DNA from: a virus
Taxonomy: Duplodnaviria; Caudoviricetes
Length of the DNA: 44,975 nt
Virus record (IMG/VR): IMGVR_UViG_3300005512_000073
Coordinates: 1 to 44,975 of that record
Direction: 5' to 3' (one strand)
Both the position numbers and the translations under genes were made by a program. The notes beneath the pieces are model-generated. The model was not told where the DNA came from. It was given only the letters and a program-made list of their open reading frames with translations, and did not search any database. Shown one piece after another: positions 26,475 to 36,269 of this stretch (position 1 is its first letter; each line of letters starts with the position of its first letter).

Positions 26475-27282
26475 AGTTCCATTCTTCTCTAGGTAAGTTT
26501 ACCACTCTTAGGAGTTGTTCTTCGTTCATATTGTCTGCACCAGGAAACTGACAATGTACAAACTTAGTTTCAGATGTACGATGATCCACAATGTATCTTT
26601 TCTCATGATGAATGTCTCTCGTACCATGGACATAACTATTCCAGTTATTATCCATCTCTTGCACATCGAATCCTTTAGCGTACATCATAGCATGAAGATA
26701 GGGTTGATCGCAAGTATAAAATGAATCTAGTCCTGCATTTCTTACAAGTCTGATATAGTTGTCAAACTTGTCGAAATCTTTCTGTGCTTTCAGCCTTCCT
26801 TGTTTTGAATATAAAACCATACCCGTATTAAAGACACGCACAAGACCCTCATCTGTTCTTGGCACTTCTACACCATAGTGTTTCTTCACCATGTTCGCCC
26901 AACGATTATCTTGCTCAGACGTGATACGACCTTTGGTGATGGTTCTCTGCTTTGGTTGAAATGGTTCATCACAGATACCAATCTCGCCATGAAAATAATC
27001 AAATACATTTTCTTCAAGTCCATCAACTGCGAATACGTCTGTGTCAACAAAAAGGATTTTGTCGTAGTCATCCCATGCAGATTCAAAGAGTGGCTTGAAT
27101 GCACCATAGTGCGCAGAGTAACCACCGTTTTCTATTTTCCATCTTGTGCGTAACCAGTTTGGATTTTGTTCGAACTTATAGTCTGCACTGATACGGTCTG
27201 CGTACTCTCTCATATTACGAACACCTGCATAGCAAGATGGTCTTGGCGTTCCGTCCCAATATTGATAAATCGCTGTCTTCAT
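26464..27282 (-). CDS. GT8/GT34-like glycosyltransferase
   Basis: FVDTD, FNTG, DQ, WN, FVH. Confidence 0.75.
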   Translation of the reverse strand: MKTAIYQYWDGTPRPSCYAGVRNMREYADRISADYKFEQNPNWLRTRWKIENGGYSAHYGAFKPLFESAWDDYDKILFVDTDVFAVDGLEENVFDYFHGEIGICDEPFQPKQRTITKGRITSEQDNRWANMVKKHYGVEVPRTDEGLVRVFNTGMVLYSKQGRLKAQKDFDKFDNYIRLVRNAGLDSFYTCDQPYLHAMMYAKGFDVQEMDNNWNSYVHGTRDIHHEKRYIVDHRTSETKFVHCQFPGADNMNEEQLLRVVNLPREEWNYEI

Positions 27283-28226
27283 GTATTGCGACCATAATAG
27301 TTTCTATGCCATTGGATAAAATGCTTTACGCCTTCTGCGATTGGTGTCTTGGCTTCGTATCCGAGTGCTTGCAGTTTTGTGGTGTCTGACCATGTTTCTA
27401 GTGCATCTGCTGGATGACGTGGCTTATAGATTTTTTCAGCGGTCTTACCCAAGTTCTTTTCGATATGATCGATGAAGTCCATTAACTGTACTTGTTTACC
27501 ATTACCGATACAATATGTTTCACGCTCTGACATATTTCGTGATACGATTTCAATACCTTGAACGATATCCTCAACATATGTAAAGTCACGGATCATGTTA
27601 CCATCATTGTAAACATCGATAGGTTTATCATGTAGAATATTTTCAGTGAAAGTATACAATGCCATATCAGGTCTGCCCCATGGACCATAGACAGTAAAGA
27701 ACCTCAGACACACTGCATTCTTGATCTTAGAAATGTTGAACTGATTTTCATTTGTTTGTTTGGTGTAACCATATGGACTTAGTTGTGGTCCTAGTTTCTC
27801 ATCAGGTGACCATGGCAGAGGATTACCGTGCATGGTGCAAGATGTAGACGCATAGATCACATTGTCAATGCCATTATCTTCACAGACTTTGATTAAGTTC
27901 TGCGTCCCACCAATGTTATTTTGAATATAGTCATTTGGAATATCCATAGACACACGAACACCTGGATGCGCTGCCAAGTGAATAACAAGATCGGGGTTTT
28001 CCGATTTAACAAAAAAATCTAATGTAGCAATGTTGTTTAGGTCTGTAGGAGACACCGCAATCTTGTAATCATCCCAAAGTTTTTTTGCTCTATCATGCTT
28101 GATATCTTTCTCGTATACAACAGCATTGTAGTTGTCGAGTCCACATACTTCATGCCCTAGTTCCTTAAACTTAATAGCGGTATGGAAGCCAATAAACCCT
28201 GCCATACCTGTGATCATCACCTTCAT
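27279..28226 (-). CDS. NAD-dependent epimerase (UDP-glucuronate 4-epimerase-like)
   Basis: GMAGFIG, HLAA, YxxxK, LRFFTVYGPWGRPDMA, RDFTY. Confidence 0.92.
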   Translation of the reverse strand: MKVMITGMAGFIGFHTAIKFKELGHEVCGLDNYNAVVYEKDIKHDRAKKLWDDYKIAVSPTDLNNIATLDFFVKSENPDLVIHLAAHPGVRVSMDIPNDYIQNNIGGTQNLIKVCEDNGIDNVIYASTSCTMHGNPLPWSPDEKLGPQLSPYGYTKQTNENQFNISKIKNAVCLRFFTVYGPWGRPDMALYTFTENILHDKPIDVYNDGNMIRDFTYVEDIVQGIEIVSRNMSERETYCIGNGKQVQLMDFIDHIEKNLGKTAEKIYKPRHPADALETWSDTTKLQALGYEAKTPIAEGVKHFIQWHRNYYGRNT

Positions 28227-28891
28227 ATTAATCCTCTTTCTACTAAGGCTTTATAGTTTGCTAGTTTACTTTGCTTTGGTCCATTAGGTTTGATTTTAGT
28301 TCGAATATGAATAATATATGCATCCTCTACACCTTCATCAAAACTCGAATAGTTCCACTGTTGTCTATCTAGATATGTATTCTCATCTTCTTCTAGCTTT
28401 TCCATTGTGGCTAGATGGTGCATAATACCTTCGTCAACATTATGTTGATTAAAGTTTAGCATGTTAAGATGTACGATATGCTTACGCAATCTCTTTCGCA
28501 TATCTCTTTCTAGACGATAGATAGAACCACCCCAATATGGATATTGTGGATTACACAAATGAGGTAGACGACGACCAATACCTTCTCTTAGGATAGGTTG
28601 TACTTTATAGTGTCTGCCAATACCACGAGTGTCTGTAAAGATATTTTTTGTCATGCCCTTACGTGTGAACATGTCCATATCAATCATGACTACTGTGTCA
28701 TAGTCATCAAACTCTTCGTCTAGCATATAGACTTTCTGACACTCAGGTCTAAGATTAGGATTGAATAGATTACCTCTAATCAACCGATACTCTGCACCAC
28801 AAAACTCTGCATAGGCTTGGATATTTTCCATAGAGAGTTTTTCGAGTTCTCTTAGTTCGCCTGTCCAATGCTGTAGAATAATATTCTTCAT
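28223..28891 (-). CDS. GT34-like glycosyltransferase
   Basis: YA...GAEY, IDMD, DEG, WN, IH. Confidence 0.65.
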   Translation of the reverse strand: MKNIILQHWTGELRELEKLSMENIQAYAEFCGAEYRLIRGNLFNPNLRPECQKVYMLDEEFDDYDTVVMIDMDMFTRKGMTKNIFTDTRGIGRHYKVQPILREGIGRRLPHLCNPQYPYWGGSIYRLERDMRKRLRKHIVHLNMLNFNQHNVDEGIMHHLATMEKLEEDENTYLDRQQWNYSSFDEGVEDAYIIHIRTKIKPNGPKQSKLANYKALVERGLI

Positions 28892-29487
28892 AATGGTTTC
28901 ATAGCCTCTACTACCGCTGAATGAAATGCACGAACATCACCAGGCGTATCAATGTTATTGAAAGCTGGTTGAATGCTTTGTTGGTATTTCATTTCTTTGA
29001 CATTATAATAACCTATTTCTTTCATCGTGTCAATAAGTTCTTTTTTAGACCAAATGTGTTTGTGCTCACCATTCTGCCACATAATACCTTCTGCACACTG
29101 ATCTTGAATACGCATCCACTCAGTTCCCTTAGGAGCAAACTTATGTTTGACCACATAGAACTGATAGTAGTGTTGAACCCATGGATGATTATCAAGATCA
29201 TCTTCTTGACGTAACCATTCCACAAACTCCATAGGCGGCCATATTGTTCGAATGACACCACCAGGTTTCATCACACGTAACATCTCTTTAAGAAAGTTGA
29301 TGCCCTCATCCTTTGTCAGATGTTCAATAAAGTGTTCGTTATACACTCCATTATAGGTTTCGTCAAGAATACCCTTCATGGGTAGGTCACGCATGTCATA
29401 CACCATAACACCAGGCATTGGTACGTCACGCACTGCATCCCAGTTCAATCCACGTTGCTTTGACCCTGCAATCTCAAGAAATCTCAT
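28888..29487 (-). CDS. SAM-dependent methyltransferase
   Basis: EHFIEHL, RVMKPGG, VEA.K. Confidence 0.8.
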   Translation of the reverse strand: MRFLEIAGSKQRGLNWDAVRDVPMPGVMVYDMRDLPMKGILDETYNGVYNEHFIEHLTKDEGINFLKEMLRVMKPGGVIRTIWPPMEFVEWLRQEDDLDNHPWVQHYYQFYVVKHKFAPKGTEWMRIQDQCAEGIMWQNGEHKHIWSKKELIDTMKEIGYYNVKEMKYQQSIQPAFNNIDTPGDVRAFHSAVVEAMKPL

Positions 29488-30284
29488 CTCATATCCTTAA
29501 TGTTTACTAGCTTGGCTAGTTCTTCAATATTCTCACCTTCCATGGGTAGAACTGTCTTATGAAAGAAATGAATGAAGTGTGCTTCCTTTAGCTTCTCATT
29601 AGGAACTGCATTATATAGACCATTCCACTTCCAGTCCAAATGCTTCAATCGCATCTTTTCTTCACGCACCCACGTGTTGAGTAGTGTTTGATCTGTTGAC
29701 CATTTCCATGGACCAAGACCATCAATGAATGGTTTAAACCGTGGTCTGCGTAAGAACTGTGCAGGTGTCTCGCCATTTAAGTATTTACCCATAGACTTAT
29801 TCATGAGCATCATACCCATATTAAAGAACTCAGCGCCATACTTGTTCCACTTCCAATCAACGTTCTTGATTGTGCCATATTGCATACGAGAATAGTTTGT
29901 GATTTTTTGTAGATACTTTTGACCTAATGGCATTTCTCTTTCGATGACACCTGCGAAGTCATAGTTGTCATCGATCTGATCAAAGATATTTGGAGCATCT
30001 TCACGAATGTAGATATCCCCATCAATCAATGCAATCTTGTCATATGATCGAAAATATGCAAACGCATTTTCCTTTTCGTAGATAGGCAAGAACCCACCAT
30101 ACTTCATATAAGATTCATTGGACCGATTTGTATTGAATGGATCAGGTCTGATCATAAGAATAGGTTGTCGTTGACAGATGTAGTCTGCACCTATTCTATC
30201 TGCATATGCTTTTACTGATGCTGTGCAAAAGTCATATAGATTTTTACGCTTGCCTGTGTAGACTTGGTATATCAAAGTTTTCAT
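29484..30284 (-). CDS. GT8/GT34-like glycosyltransferase
   Basis: IDGD, FNMG, DQTLLN, WN, FIHF. Confidence 0.78.
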   Translation of the reverse strand: MKTLIYQVYTGKRKNLYDFCTASVKAYADRIGADYICQRQPILMIRPDPFNTNRSNESYMKYGGFLPIYEKENAFAYFRSYDKIALIDGDIYIREDAPNIFDQIDDNYDFAGVIEREMPLGQKYLQKITNYSRMQYGTIKNVDWKWNKYGAEFFNMGMMLMNKSMGKYLNGETPAQFLRRPRFKPFIDGLGPWKWSTDQTLLNTWVREEKMRLKHLDWKWNGLYNAVPNEKLKEAHFIHFFHKTVLPMEGENIEELAKLVNIKDMR

Positions 30285-30882
30285 AATCTGGACCTATAAA
30301 TTTTCTATTGATGTTTTTGTGATCTATTGTATTTAGACCGTCAAAATTAATCTGTTCAACATAATAGTAATCGTTCATTTTCACTTGGCGATTCCAGTTC
30401 ATCACAACAGACAAATGACCATCGCTATTTTGTGTTATTGGTTTGGATACTGCTTGTGCTACAAGCCTCTCTGCAATAGGTGGTGTAATGTAGTATGCAA
30501 CACCAGGAGTAATAAACTTACCTTTTCTACCATAGTCTCTATTCATGAATGCTAGAAACTTATATCCCTCATCTTTCATGTCAGGCAAAGGTTTCAATAA
30601 CTTAGCGTCATGTTCAACAACAATGAGTGGACCTTTGACGATACACTCACACCACAACTCAAAGTGACTATACCAAACGGCTTTTTCTGTAGAAGTAAAC
30701 TCTCTCTTTTTGCCTGTAGTTTTTGTTTTGAAATCAAGTTTATTTTTATAAACCAAGTCTTTTGGTGTAACAGCTTCAAACTGTGTTACATTATAACCTT
30801 TCCATGTGGGCATCACTTCTCTGACATACATCTTAGATATAGGATGTGATGTCATTGATATCATTCTAATGTTATATGTCAA
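30244..30882 (-). CDS. GT25-like glycosyltransferase
   Basis: EAVTP, YSH..LW, EHDA, AYYI.P. Confidence 0.78.
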   Translation of the reverse strand: MTYNIRMISMTSHPISKMYVREVMPTWKGYNVTQFEAVTPKDLVYKNKLDFKTKTTGKKREFTSTEKAVWYSHFELWCECIVKGPLIVVEHDAKLLKPLPDMKDEGYKFLAFMNRDYGRKGKFITPGVAYYITPPIAERLVAQAVSKPITQNSDGHLSVVMNWNRQVKMNDYYYVEQINFDGLNTIDHKNINRKFIGPDYENFDIPSLHRQA

Positions 30883-31418
30883 GAGTTTAATATATCTACC
30901 AGTTTAACAGATGATTTTTCTAAATAATCTTTTACAGAGTCTTGGATTTTACCACGTTCTTCAAAATCTGCGCTTCGACTATAAATCCTACGCAACATAG
31001 CATTTGCTCTTCTTGCGTTAAGTAAATATAAACCAGGAGAAATGATAACAACCGCCGCTGGAATACGATCATACTCTGGGATTTTAACGATGTCTCTGCT
31101 AAGAGCAGGACCAGGAAACGATACTAGCACTGGATCGAGTTCTGAAAAGGCTCTAATTCTCATTAGGATTCCGATAAAAGTATACCATTGACGTATTTCT
31201 AAAACTGATAATACACTAGAATCTACATTCACAAACGGAACTTCTTCTCTTCGTATTTCTTCTAAAGTTAAATACTTTCGTGGAAAAATATTAGTATAGC
31301 CAAAACTTTCAAAGTTGTTAATCGTAACATCACGTGCTTCCATATCATCAAAATTTTCCCAGTCATACATGACAAAGATGCTTGTGAGTTTGCTTAAGTG
31401 TTTTATGTCAGCGGTCAT
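30879..31418 (-). CDS. Hypothetical protein, possibly a degenerate GT25-like fold
   Basis: ATGA-coupled; weak PGLYLL...A..ML similarity; no EHD motif. Confidence 0.45.
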   Translation of the reverse strand: MTADIKHLSKLTSIFVMYDWENFDDMEARDVTINNFESFGYTNIFPRKYLTLEEIRREEVPFVNVDSSVLSVLEIRQWYTFIGILMRIRAFSELDPVLVSFPGPALSRDIVKIPEYDRIPAAVVIISPGLYLLNARRANAMLRRIYSRSADFEERGKIQDSVKDYLEKSSVKLVDILNS

Positions 31419-32374
31419 CTGTAATCGTCCAAGTTGAATTTTGTACCATACATTTTATAGTTTTCACGCCCATGGTTAGTATACACTAAAACCTCAGGGT
31501 CATCAACTAAAAAGTCACAGTCTTTACAGAAATCAGGGTAGTCTCCCATTTCATGCTGCTTTCTTAGTTTATTATATTTATCACCGTACCATATTTCGTT
31601 TAAAGTATTTATACTACCATGACCTAAAACTGCCTCATCATCTCTACCTAAAACTTGACAGCAAGGATGTACAGCACCTGTGTTACCATCCAAGCCCCCA
31701 CTGCGTATGACAATATCAGGAGAAAAAGGGCGTCCACAGGTTTTTTTCTTACCAGCTCTATCATATAACGGATCATATACACCACTCCAATTATGCATCT
31801 TCCATATTTCAGTTTTTACATTCGCACTCGCAACAATCTTACGATATTGTTTAACTTCATAATCAATATTATCGTTATCCAAGATCAAGTGATAGGTTGC
31901 AACCACACAATCCGATTTGCTGCGAACAACATAACGTTTCATCTCGTGTAGATTAGAGATAACTCTATAGAAGTTCTCACTATTCATCCATTCTTTATAA
32001 GTGTCATAATCATATCCAATGATAGAGAATCTAAAGAAATCAAGTCCTGCATCCACACATTCTTGCATGAAGTTACCGTTCATACGATAACCATTCGAGA
32101 ATATTACAGCTTGTGCACCATACTTTTTGACAACAGAAATGTACTCAGGCAAATCTAAAGAGATCGTTGCCTCGCCTGATCCATCAAGATTTACGACATT
32201 CAAACCTGCCTCTGCACATTCTGCAACATATCTCTCAAACTCTGCAAGAGGCATCTTACGCATCCAATCTTTACCACGTGCGCCTGTAGTTCCATCAGGG
32301 TGTGTTTGTGGACACATCTGACATGTGTAGTTACATCCACCTTGTATTTCGATTACTGCTCTATCAATATGCAT
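31415..32374 (-). CDS. Radical SAM enzyme with SPASM/twitch domain
   Basis: CNYTCQMC, GE, C..PF...G...PCC and C..C. Confidence 0.92.
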   Translation of the reverse strand: MHIDRAVIEIQGGCNYTCQMCPQTHPDGTTGARGKDWMRKMPLAEFERYVAECAEAGLNVVNLDGSGEATISLDLPEYISVVKKYGAQAVIFSNGYRMNGNFMQECVDAGLDFFRFSIIGYDYDTYKEWMNSENFYRVISNLHEMKRYVVRSKSDCVVATYHLILDNDNIDYEVKQYRKIVASANVKTEIWKMHNWSGVYDPLYDRAGKKKTCGRPFSPDIVIRSGGLDGNTGAVHPCCQVLGRDDEAVLGHGSINTLNEIWYGDKYNKLRKQHEMGDYPDFCKDCDFLVDDPEVLVYTNHGRENYKMYGTKFNLDDYR

Positions 32375-33196
32375 TTAAAATCCATTCACAAATCTAAAGA
32401 AAACTTTCTTGTAGTTCTCTACTTTTTCTGTTGCTGCCTCGATTGTATATTCTATTTTTTTGAGGTCTCTATCTATATAGAATCCATTCTCTGTTACTAT
32501 AGCGGCAGGGGTATGCCATGTTGATATAGACGATGTGCCTATGACTATGTGTGGCTTGAATAAGTTCTTACTTACATAATGCCACATACCCTCGTATGAT
32601 ATACAACACTCACAAGTTCTAATATGATATAGAGCTTCACTTATTTGAGTTCTGTAGTCTATCTCTACAACATAATATCCAAAGTCTCTGAGCCTGTCTA
32701 AAAGTCTGTCCCATTCCCAGTCAAGTAATAGCATTTTGTCATTTGATATTTGCTGTGCCATATTGAATGTTGGTCTCCAAATGACAAGCTTACCGTATTG
32801 AGGTGTTGTATCTATTGTAGGGTCCAGTGCCCAGTATCGATATAACTCTGAGTTCTTTCTTCGAGTGATACCTTGATAGAACTGTTTATATAACGCATAG
32901 TCATCACTATTAAAAACATATTCAACATCTACTATATCTTTCCACATGTAACGATTGCGAATATATTCAACTCTTTTAAAGACGCTTTCAGGATCTTCAT
33001 AGTGATGCACATAATCTTTGTCGTGAAAGAAGTGCAGTTGAAACTTTGTAGGTTTCTGATTTGCGAATGCTCTCATATATGCAATGTTGAGACCGTACAT
33101 ACTGTCACCGATCCCAACTGTTGTTTTCCATCTTATAGTATCTAAACCGTGATTGTCACGCCAGTTCTTTATCCAATGTTCCCATAGGTTGCTCAT
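32375..33196 (-). CDS. GT-B-like glycosyltransferase; paralog of 11161-11874
   Basis: GIGD; IDYR......IR....ISYEGM......KP. Confidence 0.55.
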   Translation of the reverse strand: MSNLWEHWIKNWRDNHGLDTIRWKTTVGIGDSMYGLNIAYMRAFANQKPTKFQLHFFHDKDYVHHYEDPESVFKRVEYIRNRYMWKDIVDVEYVFNSDDYALYKQFYQGITRRKNSELYRYWALDPTIDTTPQYGKLVIWRPTFNMAQQISNDKMLLLDWEWDRLLDRLRDFGYYVVEIDYRTQISEALYHIRTCECCISYEGMWHYVSKNLFKPHIVIGTSSISTWHTPAAIVTENGFYIDRDLKKIEYTIEAATEKVENYKKVFFRFVNGF

Positions 33197-33392
33197 GATA
33201 AGTGACAATCTCTTTTGCTAGTTCCATAGCTTTATCAAAGTTTTTACGGAACCTGTTATTCTTGTGACCGTTTTCAACAAAATGCTTTAGATTATCTATA
33301 GTTCCATCATAGCTGGGTAAGTCAAATGTTTTGCGGTAGCTTACCAAATATTCCCATTGATAACGTTTGTTTAGTGCCTCTTCAAGTGTCAT
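33156..33392 (-). CDS. Hypothetical protein
   Basis: Overlapping in-operon ORF. Confidence 0.65.
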   Translation of the reverse strand: MTLEEALNKRYQWEYLVSYRKTFDLPSYDGTIDNLKHFVENGHKNNRFRKNFDKAMELAKEIVTYHEQPMGTLDKELA

Positions 33393-33987
33393 AGTTACCT
33401 TCCATTTTAAATAACCCCATGATACCAGGGGAACTCATTTCACATTTCTTTACACTACTGTATTTGTTGTTAATATAAAACCAATATTTTGGTTCGTACT
33501 TTACGTCCCAAAGACTATGGTGTAGCTTAGTCGCTTTTCTGACATCAGGCTTTTCGATGTTATCTGCAAGAATGTATCTTGGCTTGATTTTCATACATGA
33601 TCTAAAATCACGATATGGCGCAGGTCCATCATGCGCACCGTCAACAAAGATAAGATCGATATCTGTGTGACGATCTTCGTTTTCCCAAATAGCTTCTCTA
33701 TAGAACGTATGTTGAGGATAGTATTTTACAATCTGTCTGTGATTGCTTTCAGATACCTCACTAGGGTCATAACTCACCAAAGACTCTAAGTTCTTGAACA
33801 CGTTCATCATCAACAAAGAAGCATGCCCTGCAAACATTCCAATCTCAATAACCTTTTTAGGGTTCACGATCTCTTGAATCTCTAACCAAGGATTTATCAT
33901 ATCAGGATTATTCAGATCAGTGCCACCCCAACTATCTTTAGGCCAGTGTAGGTAGTGGTCATCAATATTTAAAATATTCTTCGCCAT
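33382..33987 (-). CDS. SAM-dependent methyltransferase (Methyltransf_24-like)
   Basis: IEIG..G..S, DLIFVDG.H, DN. Confidence 0.8.
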   Translation of the reverse strand: MAKNILNIDDHYLHWPKDSWGGTDLNNPDMINPWLEIQEIVNPKKVIEIGMFAGHASLLMMNVFKNLESLVSYDPSEVSESNHRQIVKYYPQHTFYREAIWENEDRHTDIDLIFVDGAHDGPAPYRDFRSCMKIKPRYILADNIEKPDVRKATKLHHSLWDVKYEPKYWFYINNKYSSVKKCEMSSPGIMGLFKMEGNYDT

Positions 33988-34552
33988 ATCTCTCAATCAT
34001 TCTTCTGTCAACTCTAAAATCTACATTAGTAGCTATTATAGTTTTTCGCAGATTACTTTTTATGGTAGGTGATCTATGCACTAAAAAAGTAGGAAAGAAA
34101 ATAACGTCACCTTCCTCTATATCAAACTGACCATAGTTTAAGAACTCAGTTACCTCAGACATTTCTGGAAGTTCAAGATAGTACACACAAGCCCAATGAC
34201 CATTGTGTTGATGCCATCCAAAATCAGAACTTTGTAAATATTGCTGAAACCAATATGTTGAATGCTTATCATATCGTAATCCATACATTTCACTCAACTC
34301 CGAAACATATGGATACAGTACCTGTTCCACTAACTTATCATAAGTTCTTGGAGCCTTTGGTATATTGAAGTCGTAATAATATCCTTTCTCGTTAAGTTGG
34401 ATATTATTATCGTCTATCATCTTTTGAATAGATTCGAGTAGTCTTGGTTTCCAATAATCGTGATCTTCTACTTTGAATATATGTATGTGATCAGGTAGAC
34501 TAGCTTTGGAGTTGCTGATTGTCGAGTTCATCATAATCATACTCATTATCAT
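33962..34552 (-). CDS. 2OG-Fe(II) oxygenase
   Basis: W...Y...WH.H, VYY, EGD..FFP...HR, K.II..N. Start uncertain. Confidence 0.75.
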   Translation of the reverse strand: MIMSMIMMNSTISNSKASLPDHIHIFKVEDHDYWKPRLLESIQKMIDDNNIQLNEKGYYYDFNIPKAPRTYDKLVEQVLYPYVSELSEMYGLRYDKHSTYWFQQYLQSSDFGWHQHNGHWACVYYLELPEMSEVTEFLNYGQFDIEEGDVIFFPTFLVHRSPTIKSNLRKTIIATNVDFRVDRRMIERYGEEYFKY

Positions 34553-34685
34553 ACATCACTTCATTCAAGACTTGTTTGGTGTCACCACCAAGAACTTCAC
34601 GAATGCGAATATCCTTATCCAAAGATTGAGATTTGTGCTTACCACGTTTCTTATTTCGGGGATCGTGTCTAGAATATTTTGCCAT
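34500..34685 (-). CDS. Small basic/acidic protein
   Basis: MAKY.R.DPRNKK; SD AGGAAAGG. Confidence 0.65.
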   Translation of the reverse strand: MAKYSRHDPRNKKRGKHKSQSLDKDIRIREVLGGDTKQVLNEVMYDNEYDYDELDNQQLQS

Positions 34686-34694
34686 GTGCCTTTC

Positions 34695-35390
34695 CTAATA
34701 ACCTAACATTTCTTTTGTCATAATATAATCTCTTACAAAATCGGATCGTACAATGTCTTCCCATCCGAAGTTAATAATCGTGAAGTTTTTAAGTTGTTCT
34801 ACGATCTGTAAGAACCGTATGATACCATTCTTTTCATCATCATATTTAAAGTCACTTTGTTTATAGTCGCCACAGAAAATGATCTTACTGTGTCTACCAA
34901 CACGTGTGATAACAGAATCCAACTCATGAAAGTTTAGGTTTTGCATTTCATCAACAACAAGGATTGCGTTGTCAAATGTAGTACCTCTAATAAAAGATGT
35001 AGACTCGAACTGTATTTGCCCTGATGTTATCATCTTTTGATAAGAGTTTTTATCTCCAAACAACTCATTACAGATTGCTTTATAGGGTGCTGTGAACGCA
35101 GCTTCCTTTTCTTCTTTCACGCCAGGTAAGTATCCCATTTCACGTGTAGGAACCATTGATCTAACAATGATTAGTCTTTCGTACTCTGCACGTTCTAGGA
35201 CATCTTCTAAGGCAAGGTACAGTGCCATAAATGTCTTACCTGTACCTGCTGTCCCTGTTAAAACAAGGTTGTCTCCTGCATCCCAAGATTCATATGCAAC
35301 TTCTTGATTTTTAGTGAGTGGATCGTATTGCAGTAAATCGTCAATCTTTACATGCATACTATTATTGACCGTTTTAGTTCTTTTAGTCAT
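34695..35390 (-). CDS. phoH: PhoH-family ATPase
   Basis: GTAGTGKT, GYLPG, RGTT, DEMQN, TRVG, GD..Q.D, IVRS. Confidence 0.96.
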   Translation of the reverse strand: MTKRTKTVNNSMHVKIDDLLQYDPLTKNQEVAYESWDAGDNLVLTGTAGTGKTFMALYLALEDVLERAEYERLIIVRSMVPTREMGYLPGVKEEKEAAFTAPYKAICNELFGDKNSYQKMITSGQIQFESTSFIRGTTFDNAILVVDEMQNLNFHELDSVITRVGRHSKIIFCGDYKQSDFKYDDEKNGIIRFLQIVEQLKNFTIINFGWEDIVRSDFVRDYIMTKEMLGY

Positions 35391-35613
35391 TGACTGTGTT
35401 GCCCCTTGCGGAACCCGATTTAACTTTACTCAATACTTCTTTCCATCCATTATCAGTCTTACTGAGAGTAGACCCATGTTGTGATACAAACTTTGCTGTG
35501 GATAGTTTTTGCTTCCATTCGCCTTTGCTTAGAAGCTGTTCTCTTTCTGATAGCGAAAGAATCATGTCTTTCTCTTCACCTGTCTCATTATGAATCATTG
35601 TGTACGTAGGCAT
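35383..35613 (-). CDS. FmdB-like small protein
   Basis: MPTY......TGE...GWKEVL; usual position before phoH; lacks Cys. Confidence 0.65.
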   Translation of the reverse strand: MPTYTMIHNETGEEKDMILSLSEREQLLSKGEWKQKLSTAKFVSQHGSTLSKTDNGWKEVLSKVKSGSARGNTVND

Positions 35614-35632
35614 TATTATAACCTTTTTTGAT

Positions 35633-35654
35633 GGGATTAGCAAGAGCTAATCCC
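35633..35654. other. Intergenic hairpin
   Basis: GGGATTAG-CAAGAG-CTAATCCC; no U-tract on the coding (-) strand. Confidence 0.6.
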
Positions 35655-35663
35655 TATTTTCCT

Positions 35664-35813
35664 TTATGCTGTTGCCAACTTTGATTCCAGAAAGTCACGT
35701 TTACGTTTGAGTTTGGTTACAAGATCCATGTTGCCCCTCTTCGTTATTTTTGTTATATACTCGTTTAACTCTTCTAAGTCTTTTCTAAGTCTATCAAGTT
35801 GGATTTTACTCAT
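35664..35813 (-). CDS. Small coiled-coil protein (49 aa)
   Basis: SD GAGGAG; MSKIQLDRL...LATA. Confidence 0.65.
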   Translation of the reverse strand: MSKIQLDRLRKDLEELNEYITKITKRGNMDLVTKLKRKRDFLESKLATA

Positions 35814-35831
35814 AGCTCTCCTCGTTTAAGA

Positions 35832-36266
35832 TTACTTTAAGATTAAGTTTGGAAATGCCTCCTGTACTAGTTTCTTTGTAATACCTTTCACCACCATCTT
35901 TTTATTTATCATACCCTCAAGAATTTCAGCATCTTTGGGGTGAATAGATTCTAAAATGTCCAGAAAAATCTTTTCTCGTTTAACGGATGCCATTTTTGCC
36001 CCAGGTCCATTTGGAATGAAAAAGGCAAACTTTTTATTGTGCTGAGAAAGATTTGATGGATGTGAGTTTTCGGGTGCAGGTTCGTATGGTGCCTTACCAC
36101 CAGGTAAGTTCCATTTTACAGCTTCATCAAAGGTACCCCTAAGAATGTCCTTCAAAGCCCAGTTATTATTGTGCCTCTGTAGAACTGCTATTTTCTCTGC
36201 TCTTGTCTTGGCTTTTGAAGCCTCTTCTAAAATCTCAAAAACATAATAAGTTCGTTTGTTAACCAT
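35832..36266 (-). CDS. Conserved T4-like hypothetical protein (usual neighbour of rnh)
   Basis: W.LP.G..PY, KRE..F..LE..HP..A, V..AFP. Confidence 0.8.
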   Translation of the reverse strand: MVNKRTYYVFEILEEASKAKTRAEKIAVLQRHNNNWALKDILRGTFDEAVKWNLPGGKAPYEPAPENSHPSNLSQHNKKFAFFIPNGPGAKMASVKREKIFLDILESIHPKDAEILEGMINKKMVVKGITKKLVQEAFPNLILK

Positions 36267-36269
36267 AAC

